Both the position numbers and the translations under genes were made by a program. Positions 62,346 to 64,000 of a DNA stretch of 64,000 nt are shown here, one piece after another. The DNA lies in the NCBI GenBank assembly GCA_963738405.1, contig CAVTWJ010000023.1, positions 320,001 to 384,000 of the forward strand, in the 5' to 3' direction. Position 1 is the stretch's first letter. The number at the start of each line of letters is the position of its first letter. The stretch comes from a candidate division FCPU426 bacterium (GTDB lineage Bacteria > Oederibacteriota > Muellerivitia > Muellerivitales > Muellerivitaceae). Under the pieces are notes generated by a model that worked only from the letters and a program-made list of their open reading frames with translations, ran no database searches and had not been told where the DNA came from.

Positions 62346-62400
62346 ATCATGAAAGTTTCAAGACAAAGTCCTGAAACCTTAAACCGGCTTGAGGCTAAAC

Positions 62401-62622
62401 TTACTTGGCGACCGGAGTAGTGGCAGCAGCCGGAGCAGCAGCGGCAGGAGCAGCCATGGCCTTCTTGCCCTTTTTGTGCTTCTTCTTCATGGCCTTGGCA
62501 GGCATAGCAGCCGGAGCAGAAGCAACGGGAGTAGCGGAAGTGGTGGCGGCATCATCAGCCAACACAACGCCAGTGGCACCCATGAACAACACAGCCATCA
62601 AAACGGCAAATAAACGCTTCAT
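62401..62622 (-). CDS. Small exported Ala/Lys/Pro-rich protein
   Basis: MKRLFAVLMAVLFMGATGVVLA signal peptide; AGGAGG RBS; own terminator. Confidence 0.75.
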   Translation of the reverse strand: MKRLFAVLMAVLFMGATGVVLADDAATTSATPVASAPAAMPAKAMKKKHKKGKKAMAAPAAAAPAAATTPVAK

Positions 62623-62770
62623 TAAAACCCTCCTTGAATTAAACAGCGGATTCACCGCTGTTTTGCGACTCACCTCACGGCCTGCCAACCCATAGAATTG
62701 ACCGGCCGATTAAAGGCGGTATTTTAGGGGCGGAATTTCATTTGTTCAATGATTTTGGTGGTATTTAGGC

Positions 62771-63700
62771 CTATACGAGGGACTGCCAAGCCAGGCGCGC
62801 GGCACCCACAACCCCCATATTGTCGCCTAATTTAGCCATTCGAAACTTGAGGCCCTTTAAATGTGAGGCAAAACAGCGTGTTTTGAGCTCTTTCATCATG
62901 GGTTTGAGCAACAGATCGCCCGCTCCCGCCACCCCTCCGCTAAAAATGATCATGTTGGGATTGATCAAATGGATGGCTGTCGTCAGGCCTACCCCCAGCA
63001 TTTTTCCAGCGAAATCATAAACCTTACGTGTCTTGGCATCTCCCTTTTCGGCCATTTTTTGGAAGGTATAGGCCTCAAGGGGGGCTCCGGCTGGCCTATG
63101 AACTCCCATTTCTTTCGCCAACCTTACTATCCCAGTGGCGGAAACATATTGTTCCAGGATACCGCTGTTGCCATAGGGCGCTTTGGGGCCGTTGGGGTCC
63201 ACCACGATATGCCCGATATGGTTGCTGACGCCCCAGGCGCCCTCAAATATCTTGCCGTCCAAAATCAATCCGCCACCCACGCCCGTTCCCAGGGTCAGGC
63301 AGAGCACCACCCCTTCCCCCTTCCCAGCGCCGATCCAGGATTCACCCAAAGCGGCCAAATTGGCGTCATTTTCGAGAAACACTTTCTTCTTCAATTTCTG
63401 ATGGAGAAGTGCTGTCAAAGGCACATTTTTCCAGTTTAAATTGGGGGTATAGATAATGATGCCCCTCTTGGGATCCAGAGGCCCCGGGGAACCGATGCCC
63501 ACACCCATATGAGAGGACCAGGGCAACCTGCTGGAATGGCTTGCCGCACGCGCGCTTTGCGCGATGCGCTCGATGACCCCCAAAGGCCCTAGGGAAGACT
63601 GGGTGGGGCGCTTGTCCTTGCCCAAGACCTTACCCTTCGCGTCCACGACCGCTGAAACAATATTGGTACCGCCTAGATCAATGCCGATAACCGTCTTCAA
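62771..63700 (-). CDS. ROK family sugar kinase
   Basis: GIDLGGT, GSPGP, LENDANLAALGE, TLGTGVGGG. Confidence 0.9.
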   Translation of the reverse strand: MKTVIGIDLGGTNIVSAVVDAKGKVLGKDKRPTQSSLGPLGVIERIAQSARAASHSSRLPWSSHMGVGIGSPGPLDPKRGIIIYTPNLNWKNVPLTALLHQKLKKKVFLENDANLAALGESWIGAGKGEGVVLCLTLGTGVGGGLILDGKIFEGAWGVSNHIGHIVVDPNGPKAPYGNSGILEQYVSATGIVRLAKEMGVHRPAGAPLEAYTFQKMAEKGDAKTRKVYDFAGKMLGVGLTTAIHLINPNMIIFSGGVAGAGDLLLKPMMKELKTRCFASHLKGLKFRMAKLGDNMGVVGAARLAWQSLV

Positions 63701-63787
63701 GAAATAGCCTCCAAGAAAAATTAACCCGTCACTGCGGGGGGGTATTATCTAAAAAAAGGCAGGAAAGGGAAAAGAAATTTGATGCGA

Positions 63788-64000
63788 TTAAATATCCGAT
63801 AAACAACGGTAATCTAATGTGGGAAACAAGGGGTAAAGCCTTTCCATTTCAGCCAATTCCTTTGTTTTGAGCCTTCCTTTTTCAGCCTTTATTAAGATGG
63901 AGTGAAACCGTTCCAAGTGGGTTTGGACCCTTCCCTTCGCATATTCCCCATGGTGCCCGGTTTTCATCATAAAAGCCCAGTCGCTAGCTTGGGCCAACAA
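63788..64000 (-). CDS. C-terminal end of a GH57 1,4-alpha-glucan branching enzyme-like protein (partial)
   Basis: LLAQASDWAFMM...YA..RV..HL.RF motif. Confidence 0.75.
   Translation of the reverse strand: MLAQASDWAFMMKTGHHGEYAKGRVQTHLERFHSILIKAEKGRLKTKELAEMERLYPLFPTLDYRCLSDI

Overview
Bacterial chromosomal window, mostly GC-rich housekeeping and envelope genes. In order: 5' end of a PilB/GspE-type (MshEN) ATPase, aroE, rsmE, dnaJ, a ferredoxin, an efp-accB-accC-comB-like-ThiD2-like-thiC run, an asnB/glycosyltransferase cluster, a complete Anbu operon (CP-ATP-grasp, alpha-E, proteasome-like peptidase, transglutaminase), a hemD-hemE fusion with hemH and hemY, vapBC, a Thr-rich surface protein, lemA, a dksA-like gene, and a large glycan-modification region (UDP-sugar decarboxylase, two B12 radical SAM enzymes, GT4/GT2, flippase-like protein, three YfhO-like GT-C proteins, a serine-pair DapF), then ilvD, a ROK kinase and a GH57 fragment. 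The most striking unexplained feature is an AT-richer insert at about 46.5-49.4 kb. It holds an HNH-like gene, a small ORF and a Cys-rich PD-(D/E)XK-like nuclease gene. Directly upstream of the nuclease is an apparently non-coding array of about 19 units, each an 11-bp quasi-palindromic core (TTCAMYGGAAA) plus a variable ~10-bp spacer at a ~21-bp period. No rRNA, tRNA, canonical CRISPR array, cas gene, transposase or integrase was recognised. All calls come from motif recognition by eye; no searches were run.
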